DNA of 64,000 bases from assembly GCA_950097015.1 (NCBI GenBank), contig CATNEN010000038.1, positions 11,036,001 to 11,100,000 on the forward strand, given 5' to 3'. The translations under genes were made by a program, and so were the position numbers. Shown piece after piece: positions 47,401-56,079 of this stretch (within the stretch, counting starts at the first letter, position 1; every line of letters begins with the position of its first letter). Under the pieces are notes generated by a model. The model was not told where the DNA came from and did no database searches. It worked only from the letters and a program-made list of their open reading frames with translations. The DNA comes from Macrostomum hystrix. Taxonomy: Eukaryota > Animalia > Platyhelminthes.

Positions 47401-49386
47401 TAGTTATCATGTTGAGCAACTCACAGAAATAAGCAGCACTAGGGTGTACTCCATGCCATTGTTGGTGGTAGAAAGTGTGTACCGCCCGCCGGAGGTCATG
47501 ACGGCCTCGTGGCGGTACCAGGTGAACAAGGGCTCCGGCTCGCCGCGGCAGATGCAGGTGATGCGAATGTTGTCGCCCTCTCTCTCGATCCTCGGCTTCT
47601 CCGTGAACGTCGGCGGCGTCCCAGCCGGCTGCGGAGCTGTTGAAAGAAGAATTTTGTTAGAACCGGCAGGTTATCTTCCACCTTCAGGGAGCACACACAA
47701 TTCTTTCATGATAAGTGCAGTCACCATTTTAGCCACAAACCACAACACATTCGAAGAAAACAGCAAATATAATTACAACAGCGTTTCTTTTAAAACTGAT
47801 AAATATACAACTGGATATACTAAGCCTGTGCTTAAGTGTGTGACACTTGGACTTTTGTTTCAATAAAGCAATCGACAGATTTCAAGTTCCCAATGCCAAC
47901 AGGCCAAGGCTGAACAGCTCGAAGCAAACTCTAAGTCACCTTAAATGCACCTTCAATGGACCTCAAGTGCCTCATGCGCATTCAGCGCCCCTTTGGTACC
48001 TCCTGTGCACCAGCCGTGCCGCAATTTTGAGCCTTACGTTCACGTTTTGTGCATCTCCAAAGCCCCTTACGCACCTTTACTGCATCTTACACTGCAAGCC
48101 AATCAAAATAGAGAAATCCCCTAATACCTGACCACTTCACCTATTGCAGACCTTTCATGCCTGTTTCAAAAGCTCTAATTATTTCAAATTATTTTTAAAA
48201 CACACACGAAATAAGCCGTCAAAGCTTTTGTGCACCGCTTTTGTGCAGTTCAGGTGCATGACGAAGCTCACCCTGACTCATGTTGAGTGTGAGGCTGGCG
48301 TTGCTCTCTCCGGCCTCGTTCACAACGTTGCAGCGATAGGAGCCGCTGTCCTCCGGGGCGGGTGACGCAATCACCAGGAGCAGCACGTAGGAGTCGGGCT
48401 GTGGTCCCGCGCTGCAGCTGATGCTGATCTTGCCGCCCGAGGTTATCTCCTGGTCGCTGCGGAACCAGGTGATTCGTGGCATCGGCTGCGCCTCGATGAC
48501 GCATTTCATCTCGATATTGTCGCCGACCTGAGCGATCGACGGCTTCTCTAGGAACTTCGGCGGTTTGCCGGTTCTGAGATTTCCAGATTTCGTTGGACAT
48601 ATCGCGTTGTATTTTTTATCAATTGATGTTTTAGGAAATGAAAACAAAACCATTACTAATTGATTGCACCTGCCCTAATTGGGCTCGATGTGCAGTCGAC
48701 AGCACCCATACTGGTACTAGTACCCATTTTACAGTTGGGTGAACTGAAGCAATGCAGAGTTAAGTGTCTTGCTAATGGCCACAAATTTTTCCACTTGAAT
48801 CTGGAATCGAACCCCCGACCTTCAAGTCATTCGTCCGACGCTCTAACCACAAGGCTACAACCCCCCTCTTTTAAGAAAGCAGATCAGTGAAGATTTACCT
48901 CTTCGCAGCTCCGATGTTCAGACTGATGGTAGCTGTTGTCTCGCCAAGCGGACCCTTGGCGAACACCTTGTATTCTCCGCCATCATTAGCGGTGACACCT
49001 TTGATCTCCAGGCTCAGCAGGTGGTTCTGTCCGGAGCTCTGGCAGCTGATGGCGTATCGGTCGCTATTTTCGATGGTCTGGCCAGCCTTGGACCAGGTGA
49101 TTTCCGGCAGCGGGTCAGCCAACAGGTTGCATTCAAACACAATGGACTTGCCGCGTTGCTTGATGGAAGGCTTCGTTGTGAACTGCGGCCTTGTGCCGCC
49201 ACCTCGGGCTGTGGTATTCAGTCGGTGTTTTGTTTATCCCCCGCATTATCCCTAAGCAAACCCATTTCCCTAAGCTCATATTCTATGAGCCTTTTAGGGA
49301 GCTACAAGTAGCATGCCCCAGTGTCCCCAGGCAAATCCCCTGATAATTTGAGCCAATCAATTTGGCAAATTTCGCTCACCCGACAT
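8027..49386 (-). CDS. unc-22: Twitchin/unc-22/projectin-family giant muscle protein kinase, multi-exon (49 coding exons, about 4,800 aa in a hand-built model)
   Basis: ATG TCG G|gtgag at 49386-49380 splices to 49208 giving MSARGGTRPQFTTKPSIKQ, a twitchin-like first Ig. Exons with GT-AG boundaries and consistent phases: 49380-49386, 48899-49208, 48272-48573, 47425-47636, 46876-46973, 46279-46519, 41039-41126, 40123-40422, 18 micro-exons in 31715-38725, 30061-30210, 29735-29977, 29526-29602, 29307-29441, 28052-28209, 27658-27910, 27281-27580, 26924-27077, 26439-26834, 25501-26029, 24975-25406, 23230-24886, 21706-23160, 19953-21620, 17392-17521, 15441-15918, 13719-15155, 11114-11396, 10663-10762, 10296-10579, 8464-9574, 8163-8341, 8027-8092. 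The sum is 14,391 nt, divisible by 3. Ig/Fn3 repeats (WxPPxxDGGSxI, YEFRVxAxNxAG), kinase, regulatory tail and C-terminal Igs occur in twitchin order. Confidence 0.93.
8464..9574 (-). CDS. unc-22: Twitchin exon: post-kinase Ig domains and Ser/Pro-rich linker
   Basis: ORF 8456..9574: I-set Ig (LSCTVDGKPAPTVSWFKDG...DAGRYTV) and further Ig domains; acceptor at 9575, donor gtgag at 8463. Confidence 0.88.
9625..9780 (-). mobile_element. SINE family A, degenerate fragment
   Basis: ccagcgagaagcaaatatgcccattt, ctgactttc...cgtcaggc and aaagggcgtagattgtgcaacaagc align in order with the 10797-11093 copy. Confidence 0.55.
10663..10762 (-). CDS. unc-22: Twitchin exon: C-terminal autoinhibitory tail
   Basis: PNWWGILGIARLADFGSLRRLQMKQFEVYETSF resembles the twitchin regulatory tail (GRxxxxSSLR type); phases fit the neighbouring exons. 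Confidence 0.8.
10797..11093 (-). mobile_element. SINE family A copy
   Basis: Collinear similarity to 32467-32797 (ggcacatcatttggtgac, gcgaggaggc, caagcccccaagcctt, gagctcagggacct). Confidence 0.75.
11114..11396 (-). CDS. unc-22: Twitchin exon: kinase C-lobe end
   Basis: LSGLSPFLGNDSYETLANVRRGDWEF...EAKDFIKSLL...RLTVHEALEHVWL; acceptor at 11397-11398, donor gtgag at 11113. Confidence 0.92.
11572..13050 (-). mobile_element. IS630/Tc1/mariner-superfamily DNA transposon, about 1.48 kb, in twitchin intron 11397-13718
   Basis: About 140-bp terminal inverted repeats (about 11572-11711 and 12911-13050, few mismatches), flanked by TA, enclosing a transposase ORF. The exact end is ambiguous by 2 bp because of TATA at both ends. 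Confidence 0.92.
11810..12778 (-). CDS. IS630/Tc1-like transposase (HTH plus DDE), probably with an in-frame internal deletion
   Basis: ATG at 12778 (MNRGPYHPVS); HTH WKQLAEILGIKRKTAKTIV; GRPKK; IFLDEFG, IFDGARAH and LPPYSPYLNPTE motifs. Confidence 0.88.
   Translation of the reverse strand: MNRGPYHPVSNEDRRRLALAVEEGRDWKQLAEILGIKRKTAKTIVDTYVQTGRIEKFPSAGGRPKKLQEQQIESIIEFLEANPSATLQMMRNHLMQLGNEGQLPHVSTISRALDKQLVTLKLARQITFDWNDPVVKAARCEYAQWMMNEGHDRNQIFLDEFGLNLWTARTQGWAYRGQLMEGGFRAQNFADFLVELDVLVEAEWVAIFDGARAHLQVPGLSPQHSTYQLPPYSPYLNPTERAGSSLKASVKRALSVPAIQHELSNRQAAAAANLTLHAWRMHILKREVEAALHVITQEKCQQWTNHTVGYYGRCLDYEDILN
13441..13660 (-). mobile_element. SINE family B copy
   Basis: gcatctgaaggctgcgtacggctgttcagtccatggactg is identical to the 50290 copy; same tRNA-like head (ggaatcgaacccctgaccttcaagtc). 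Confidence 0.72.
13719..15155 (-). CDS. unc-22: Twitchin exon: Ig, Fn3 and most of the Ser/Thr kinase domain
   Basis: LGSGAFGVV, VAKFI, HLDIKPEN, DFG, TAEFAAPE and DMWAVGV motifs are all intact, preceded by the NYDKFY linker typical of twitchin kinase. Confidence 0.95.
15170..15377 (+). mobile_element. SINE family A copy, 5'-truncated, opposite orientation
   Basis: gcttgtcgtgaaatttacgccc...ctcaggattcagcggaatgggcagaattgcctcctcgctggctacgggtcta matches the reverse complement of the other copies. Confidence 0.72.
16040..16926. repeat. 22-bp minisatellite (CAAGAGAACATCACTAGCATAT)n
   Basis: Tandem array in twitchin intron 15919-17391. Confidence 0.95.
17754..19721 (+). CDS. Thr-rich mucin-like type I membrane protein, single exon, nested antisense in twitchin intron 17522-19952
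   Basis: 655-aa ORF with a hydrophobic N-terminal signal-like segment (VFIIAMMLASAALLTQLPCARG), about 550 aa of Thr/Pro-rich sequence with varied codons, a C-terminal TM-like segment (AAAFIVPVVLGAGIAFVMYKIIILGL) and a very short tail. Confidence 0.75.
   Translation: MTLLLCKHSKRGTTTGKIADVFIIAMMLASAALLTQLPCARGFTSAALHLYGSTTTEEMTTSEETTQTTTPTTTTTTQTITTTKTPIETTATTLTTATMITEITNSTTVSSTVPTTTTLPTTAATSPAETTTTNPTTTSTTTPTTSSTTLTTTTMTTPTTTTVTTPTTATTIDPTTTTTTTPTTTSMTTPTTNAATASAETTTTNPTTTTTNTQTTTSTTTPTTTTTTTAATETTTTTQTITATTSPAETTTTNPTTTTTTTPTTSSTTLTTTTMTTPTTTTVTTPTTATTIDPTTTTTTTPTTTSMTTPTTNAATASAETTTTNPTTTTTNTLATTSTTTQTTTTTATAPTETTTTNPTTTTTTTTPPETTTTNPTTTTTNTLATTSTTTPTTTTTTTAATETTTTTQTITATTTPAETTTTTTTTPTTTSTTTPTTTLTTPTTTSTTTSTTTTATTPSTTTMADLTTTTPTTTTTATTTLTETPTSTPTTATTTTPTTTATSTVTTITATTPTTTTPTTPTTTTTPTQTTTTTTTLTTTTASTPTTTASTNPTATTLTTERGTTTTTPTTTAKTTPTTFTTMSTLGTQTTQSSASLSTTLSAAEIKKEIQRQNAIAYQQESVNAAAFIVPVVLGAGIAFVMYKIIILGLRNGL
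19953..24886 (-). CDS. unc-22: Twitchin central Fn3/Ig super-repeat exons (23230-24886, 21706-23160, 19953-21620)
   Basis: ORFs 23215..24789, 21649..23160 and 19899..21656 encode Fn3-Fn3-Ig repeats; short GT-AG introns at 23161-23229 and 21621-21705. Confidence 0.95.
30245..30610. repeat. 34-bp minisatellite (AACCTCTGACACCTGAGGTAATTGGGTAAGGCTT)n
   Basis: Tandem array with a degenerate right end. Confidence 0.9.
31715..38725 (-). CDS. unc-22: Array of 18 phase-1/phase-1 micro-exons (48-123 nt) encoding a PEVK-like Pro/Glu/Ala/Lys-rich segment of twitchin
   Basis: Exons 38609-38725, 38456-38518, 38291-38356, 37042-37098, 36910-36966, 36751-36831, 36607-36663, 36446-36517, 36308-36355, 34766-34813, 34627-34677, 33871-33921, 33725-33772, 33226-33279, 33096-33149, 32867-32917, 32298-32357, 31715-31837. 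All have AG/GT boundaries, are multiples of 3 and are stop-free. Many encode variants of APxEEPVSKxAAPKKEA. Confidence 0.85.
32467..32797 (-). mobile_element. tRNA-derived SINE (family A), copy with intact head
   Basis: Head TGGCAGAGCGGTCTAACGCG...GAGCTCGATTCC (A/B boxes); body shared with copies near 10800, 15170, 47120 and 9625. Confidence 0.75.
33316..33645. repeat. 15-bp minisatellite (TAAACCCTTCATCTC)n
   Basis: Tandem array. Confidence 0.92.
34010..34592. repeat. Degenerate 15-19-bp pyrimidine-rich minisatellite (CCCTTAATCTCACCTCT-like)
   Basis: Tandem array whose unit resembles the 1-1200 array. Confidence 0.85.
34990..36230. repeat. 14-bp minisatellite (ATCCATCATCCACT)n
   Basis: Tandem array with an internal block duplication. 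Confidence 0.92.
37120..38272. repeat. 35-bp minisatellite (GAGGTGTGAAATTCGTCTTAAACTGGGCTGGATGA)n
   Basis: Head-to-tail array with no spacers. Confidence 0.95.
38780..40108. repeat. 15-bp minisatellite (GAGAACACCGGTTCT)n
   Basis: Tandem array filling almost all of intron 38726-40122. Confidence 0.95.
40630..40802. repeat. 15-16-bp minisatellite (GGGATTTAGGAAATCT)n
   Basis: Tandem array. Confidence 0.88.
41222..41395. repeat. 16-bp minisatellite (CCCACAATTCCCAAAT)n
   Basis: Tandem array. Confidence 0.88.
43252..45606 (+). CDS. TET: TET-family (TET/JBP 2OG-Fe dioxygenase fold) protein with a degenerate active site, nested antisense in twitchin intron 41127-46278
   Basis: Ordered TET motifs: GCPVAKWIVRR, RHTC, RRCSANESRTCACQG, YSFGCAWS...CKFAR, CRLG...RPFSG...LDFCAHSHKE, EQLHV, a long low-complexity insert, GGVAVALSHGAVLIE and FFQHKNL...KHG. 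Uninterrupted 784-codon ORF. Upstream exons cannot be excluded: the frame is open back to an AG at 43136-43137. Confidence 0.93.
47117..47368 (-). mobile_element. SINE family A copy, 5'-truncated
   Basis: ggcacatcatttagtgacactagacccgcagccagcgaggaggcaattctgcccatt...aagcccccaag is shared with the other copies. Confidence 0.75.
48657..48866 (-). mobile_element. SINE family B copy (internally deleted)
   Basis: Shares cccattttaca...ggtgaactgaagcaatgc and ggaatcgaacccccgaccttcaagtc...ccgacgctctaa with 50290-50566. Confidence 0.72.
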
Positions 49387-50289
49387 GAGGCTGCGAACAG
49401 CGCAGTAGAGCAAGGCACAAAGGTAAGATTCAAGCCCTGCCGATAGTTATTGCTTTCTTTTTCTAAATTCTTAAAAAGCCTCGAAAGTAAAAAATCCAAC
49501 AGAACAGTTAAATTTTATCAGGATTAGGAACTGAATCGGGTGTAATTTGGAATCGAGCTTGAAAATCAGTTCAGTGAAACGAGAACCTCCGTCACTTTGT
49601 AGTTGAACGCTTTCGGCTAACACACCTGACCGGCTCTCGGAGGAAACAGAAAGAAAAAGGTTGGGAGAAAGGAGAGAGAGAGGGAGAGACAGTTTTGAGG
49701 GTGCAGGACGGCACTAGGCCTGAAGCTTGCGCTCTGCGCTTTAAACAACAGCTGGGTGCGTGCGCTTTCGTTCGCCAGTGGCTGCCGCCGTTGCTGCTGC
49801 TACTGCTGCTGCTGCTGCTACTGCTGCTGCTGGTAGGATCCGAATGTGCAGGCCAAGACTTGTTTCCGGGGACGGGGAAGGCTCCCAGGAGGTTAGGACA
49901 TTCTTTTAACATCAGTCAAGGCCCTGCGTACATCGGCCCAAACAGCAAGTCGCCCTGCGGCAAGGCCTTCTGGCCGGCAGTTCCGTTTCAGGCAGAGGTC
50001 GAAGGCTGCCGAAGCGCGGTGTTCTATTGATTTTTGCCTCCGCTGTGTCCGCTAAATTCATTGCGTGTTTCCAAGAAAGGGTGAAGAGGTGTCTTCTAAG
50101 AAAGACATTGATGCGTAACAATAGCGCGATAAAAACATGACGACTTTTAAGTCATTTTTTCTTTTTAGTTTCTTTTCAATCCATTACTCGGTACATTGTG
50201 ACTGTGTGCTGTGGACAAGTTGGTCATTGCTTCGGGGAAGATTGATTCTCGCCGCTAGCCCCAAAACAAATAGTTAGTTAATGTTCATA

Positions 50290-50566
50290 AAATAATAATT
50301 GATCGCACCCGCCCCAATTGGGCCGATGTGCAGCCGACAGCACAGCCGCAGCTATTGCGTGGCGCATCTGAAGGCTGCGTACGGCTGTTCAGTCCATGGA
50401 CTGGGGGGGCGCCACACCCACCTTCAATTATCCCAGCTGATGCTGTCACCCATTTTACACCTAGGTGAACTGAAGCAATGCGGTGTCTTGCTAAAGGACG
50501 CAACTTGTTCCAAAATAGTTGCAAATCGAACCCCCGACCTTCAAGTCGCGAGTCCAACGCTCTAAA
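50290..50566 (-). mobile_element. tRNA-derived CORE-like SINE (family B)
   Basis: Minus strand: TTTAGAGCGTTGGACTC...GGGTTCGATT head, then TCCTTTAGCAAGACAC...TTCAGTTCACCTAGGTGTAAAATGGGT, resembling the CORE domain of MIR-type SINEs. The 5' end abuts a minisatellite. Confidence 0.72.
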
Positions 50567-50567
50567 C

Positions 50568-51890
50568 AGAGTGTCTCACGGGTGTCTCTCTCTGAGTGTC
50601 TCACAGGTGTCTCTCTCTGAGTGTCTCACAGGTGTCTCTCTCTGAGTGTCTCACAGGTGTCTCTCTCTGAGTGTCTCACAGGTGTCTCTCTCTGGCTTTC
50701 TCACAGGTGTCTCTCTCTGAGTGTCTCACAGGTGTCTCTCTCTGAGTGTCTCACAGGTGTCTCTCTCTGAGTGTCTCACAGGTGTCTCTCTCTGAGTGTC
50801 TCACAGGTCTCTCTCTGAGTGTCTCACGGGTGTCTCTCTCTGAGTGTCTCACGGGTGTCTCTCTCTGAGTGTCTCACAGGTGTCTCTCTCTGAGTGTCTC
50901 ACGGGTGTCTCTCTCTGAGTGTCTCACAGGTGTCTCTCTCTGAGTGTCTCACAGGTGTCTCTCTCTGAGTGTCTCACAGGTGTCTCTCTCTGAGTGTCTC
51001 ACGGGTGTCTCTCTCTGAGTGTCTCACAGGTGTCTCTCTCTGAGTGTCCCACAGGTGTCTCTCTCTGAGTGTCTCACAGGTGTCTCTCTCTGAGTGTCTC
51101 ACAGGTGTCTCTCTCTGAGTGTCTCACGGGTGTCTCTCTCTGAGTGTCTCACAGGTGTCTCTCTCTGAGTGTCTCACAGGTGTCTCTCTCTGAGTGTCTC
51201 ACAGGTCTCTCTCTGGCTTTCTCACAGGTGTCTCTCTCTGAGTGTCTCACAGGTGTCTCTCTCTGAGTGTCTCACAGGTGTCTCTCTCTGAGTGTCTCAC
51301 AGGTGTCTCTCTCTGAGTGTCTCACAGGTGTCTCTCTCTGAGTGTCTCACAGGTGTCTCTCTCTGAGTGTCTCACAGGTGTCTCTCTCTGAGTGTCTCAC
51401 AGGTGTCTCTCTCTGAGTGTCTCACAGGTGTCTCTCTCTGAGTGTCTCACAGGTGTCTCTCTCTGAGTGTCTCACAGGTGTCTCTCTCTGAGTGTCTCAC
51501 AGGTGTCTCTCTCTGAGTGTCTCACGGGTGTCTCTCTCTGAGTGTCTCACAGGTGTCTCTCTCTGAGTGTCTGACAGGTGTCTCTCTCTGAGTGTCTCAC
51601 AGGTGTCTCTCTCTGAGTGTCTCACAGGTGTCTCTCTCTGAGTGTCTCACAGGTGTCTCTCTCTGAGTGTCTGACAGGTGTCTCTCTCTGAGTGTCTCAC
51701 AGGTGTCTCTCTCTGAGTGTCTCACAGGTGTCTCTCTCTGAGTGTCTCACGGGTGTCTCTCTCTGAGTGTCTCACAGGTGTCTCTCTCTGAGTGTCTCAC
51801 AGGTGTCTCTCTCTGAGTGTCTCACAGGTGTCTCTCTCTGGCTTTCTCACAGGTGTCTCTCTCTGAGTGTCTCACAGGTGTCTCTCCCTG
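50568..51890. repeat. 25-bp minisatellite (GAGTGTCTCACAGGTGTCTCTCTCT)n
   Basis: Tandem array. Confidence 0.95.
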
Positions 51891-52402
51891 ACGGACTCAC
51901 GGGTTTATTACGATAGGTAAATTGTACAGGTGTCTCTGACCGGTGTATAACTCCTTGCTACTTTTTGATAGTGCGCACAACTGTGTGCAATTCGGAAACT
52001 GATGGGGTGGGCGCGCATGTCAGTCCTGACCTTTCCAGAATTTCCTGCCCGACTAGCTCGACTTTTTTTTACCGTCTGTTCTCCCCTAATGGCAATGGCA
52101 ATCTTCTATGACGCAAATAATGCATGAACAGGGCATTGGCTAGACTGCAGATTATCTTGCAAAATGCGAACACTTCACAGATGCCATCTACAGTAGGATA
52201 TTGATTGTGGGCAGCTGCATTGAAAATATATTTTTTCTTTCGCCGATCAGCAATGTACTTATGTACACTGTAGTATGCTTTTATTATTATCAAAAAATGT
52301 CTAACAGCTGTCTAGAATGGCATAATATCTATACCTGTGTACGAGGCCTGTCTAATGCCTGTCTAACACCTGTCTAACAGGTGATATACCTTTCGAATAG
52401 TG

Positions 52403-53001
52403 GATATGCCTGTCTAACAGGGAATATGGATGTCTAACAGGGAATATGGATGTCTAACAGGGGATATGCCTGTCTAACAGGGAATATGGATGTCTAACAG
52501 GGAATATGCCTGTCTAACAGGGAATATGCCTGTCTAACAGGGAAATAGCCTGTCTAACAGGGGATATGCCTGTCTAACAGGGAAATTGCCTGTCTAACAG
52601 GGGATATGCCTGTCTAACAGGGAATATGCCTGTCTAACAGGGAAATAGCCTGTCTAACAGGGAATATGCCTGTCTAACAGGGAATATGCCTGTCTAACAG
52701 GGAATATGGATGTCTAACAGGGAATATGGATGTCTAACAGGGAATATGCCTGTCAAACAGGTAATATGCCTGTCTAACAGGGAATATGCCTGTCTAACAG
52801 GGAATATGCCTGTCTAACAGGGAATATGTATGTCTAACAGGGAATATGCCTGTCTAACAGGGAATATGCCTGTCTAACAGGGAATATGAATGTCTAACAG
52901 GGAATATGCCTGTCTAACAGGGGATATGCCTGTCTAACAGGGAAATTGCCTGTCTAACAGGGGATATGCCTGTCTAACAGGGAACATGCCTGTCTAACAG
53001 G
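52403..53001. repeat. 20-bp minisatellite (GCCTGTCTAACAGGGAATAT)n
   Basis: Tandem array. Confidence 0.95.
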
Positions 53002-53564
53002 TAAAGCATTAAATATTGCAGCTCATGTCTGCATACCACCAGCTCCATGTAGGCATCGCACAGAAAAAACCAACCCTTTAAGCGGAAAATAACGGGAATG
53101 AAGTCAGAGAGAGACTGTGCAGGCCTGTACACCTCCTGGCTAGCGCGCCAACGGAAAACTGCCCGAATCTCTCTATCTTTATAGCTCGTATGCAAGTAAA
53201 CACAAGCATCTGTCTGTCAGGAATCTTTCGATCCGCCGTGACATTTCTGCTTCCCCATTTTTACATAGCTTAGTCGGCGAGCAAACACGGACAGCCAAAT
53301 TTGGGAAGAAGTTTTCAGGATCTGGCTCGTTTCCTAACCTTTTCGCTTCCTAATTTTGAAAGTAAAGATAATCCAAATGTGGTGTAGAAAGTAATAGGTT
53401 TCTCAAAAAATAGTTATAATACTCCTCTCGCTTACTAACGAGTAGTCATGCGACTAATAAAAACATAAGCATATTATTTGTCTAATTGTACTGCTTCTAT
53501 TGTCAGATTTTAAAAAAATCTAGAAAATCTACATCTTAAAATATGATTAAGTAGAGCCTAGACG

Positions 53565-55451
53565 AATAGAGACAGAATGCATAGATACAGAATGGACAGA
53601 GACAGAATGGATAGAGACAGAATGGATAGAGACAGAATGGATAGAGACAGAATGGATAGAGACAGAATGGATAGAGACAGAATGGATAGAGACAGAATGG
53701 ATAGAGACAGAATGGATAGAGACAGAATGGATAGAGACAGAATGGATAGAGACAGAATGGATAGAGACAGAATGGATAGAGACAGAATGCATAGACACAG
53801 AATGGATAGAGACAGAATGCATAGAGACAGAATGGATAGAGACAGAATGGATAGAGACAGAATGGATAGAGACAGAATGGATAGAGACAGAATGCATAGA
53901 GACAGAATGGATAGAGACAGAATGGATAGAGACAGAATGGATAGAGACAGAATGGATAGAGACAGAATGGATAGAGACAGAATGCATAGAGACAGAATGG
54001 ATAGAGACAGGATGCATAGAGACAGAATGGATAGAGCCAGAATGGATAGAGACAGAACGGATAGAGACAGGATGCATAGAGATAGAATGCATAGAGACAA
54101 AATGGATAGAGACAGAATGGATAGAGATAGAATGCATAGAGACAGAATGGATAGAGACAGAATGGAAATAGACAGACAGAATGGATAGAGACAGACAGAA
54201 TGGATAGAGACAGGCAGAATAGATAGAGACAGACAGAATGGATAGAGATAGAATGCATAGAGACAGAATGGATAGAGACAGAATGGATAGAGACAGACAG
54301 AATGGATGGAGACAGACAGAATGGATAGAGACAGGCAGAATGGATAGAGACAGACAGAATGGATAGAGACAGACAGAATGGATAGAGACAGGCAGAATGG
54401 ATAGAGACAGACAGAATGGATAGAGACAGGCAGAATGGATAGAGACAGGCAGAATGGATAGAGACAGGCAGAATGGATAGAGACAGGCAGAATGGATAGA
54501 GACAGGCAGAATGGATAGAGACAGGCAGAATGGATAGAGACAGGCAGAATGGATAGAGACAGGCAGAATGGATAGAGACAGGCAGAATGGATAGAGACAG
54601 GCAGAATGGATAGAGACAGGCAGAATGGATAGAGACAGGCAGAATGGATAGAGACAGACAGAATGGATAGAGACAGACAGAATGGATAGAGACAGGCAGA
54701 ATGGATAGAGACAGACAGAATGGATAGAGACAGGCAGAATGGATAGAGACAGGCAGAATGGATAGAGACAGACAGAATGGATAGAGACAGGCAGAATGGA
54801 TAGAGACAGGCAGAATGGATAGAGACAGACAGAATGGATAGAGACAGACAGAATGGATGGAGACAGACAGAATGGATAGAGACAGGCAGAATGGATAGAG
54901 ACAGGCAGAATGGATAGAGACAGGCAGAATGGATAGAGACAGGCAGAATGGATAGAGACAGGCAGAATGGATAGAGACAGGCAGAATGGATAGAGACAGG
55001 CAGAATGGATAGAGACAGGCAGAATGGATAGAGACAGGCAGAATGGATAGAGACAGGCAGAATGGATAGAGACAGACAGAATGGATAGAGACAGGCAGAA
55101 TGGATAGAGACAGACAGAATGGATAGAGACAGGCAGAATGGATAGAGACAGGCAGAATGGATAGAGACAGGCAGAATGGATAGAGACAGGCAGAATGGAT
55201 AGAGACAGGCAGAATGGATAGAGACAGGCAGAATGGATAGAGACAGGCAGAATGGATAGAGACAGGCAGAATGGATAGAGACAGGCAGAATGGATAGAGA
55301 CAGGCAGAATGGATAGAGACAGGCAGAATGGATAGAGACAGGCAGAATGGATAGAGACAGGCAGAATGGATAGAGACAGGCAGAATGGATAGAGACAGAC
55401 AGAATGGATAGAGACAGGCAGAATGGATAGAGACAGACAGAATGGATAGAG
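53565..55451. repeat. Compound purine-rich minisatellite: 15-bp (ATAGAGACAGAATGG)n switching near 54170-54300 to 19-bp (ATAGAGACAGGCAGAATGG)n
   Basis: Tandem array; the 19-mer is the 15-mer plus a 4-nt (A/G)CAG duplication. Confidence 0.95.
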
Positions 55452-56079
55452 TCTGGATTGACATTGGATTTGGGTGTAAGTCAATCTAGTAATTTGCACT
55501 TCTTAATCAATGTCTATTTCCGCTAATTAGACTTGAGCAAATGAAATGAAAGCAGAGAGTATAGGAAAAGTTTATCAAGTATTTATTGTTGCAGCAAAAT
55601 TAGCTTGAAAGCCGAATTCAGTAGAGCGGAACGGTTTCCTATATATTATATTTGTGTCGCATTGTGCACAACTGAAATGGTTTCAGTTGTCCGAATGTTT
55701 AAATTGGTTTTGTGGATTCATTATTGCCACTCTGGCCTACTAAACAAGTCTGAATAAATAAAGCATTATAACTTTATAGTGCATGTATTTATGATTTGCT
55801 AATGTAAGCGCAAAGCACTTTTACACTAAAGCAATAAGTAGGTCGAAAGTTGCAATATACCAGCTAATGTAATTTAAAATTGAGAACATGTGCATTATGA
55901 AGATTATGGATTAAGAACATTGTGAGATTTGGAAGATTAGGAATAATGTCGATAAATGATTAGTGCGATAAGGAATTAGGAAGATTGTGTAGGGTGAAGA
56001 TTGAGAATTTTGAAGATTAGGGAACGGAAGATATGGAATGGGAGGAAATGGGATTGGGAAGGAATGGGATTGGGAAAAT

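Noticed and set aside
49695-50030. Plus-strand ORF with a poly-Leu signal-like stretch
   Set aside because: There is no ATG start, and the Leu run is a CTG microsatellite in the probable 5' UTR/promoter region of twitchin.
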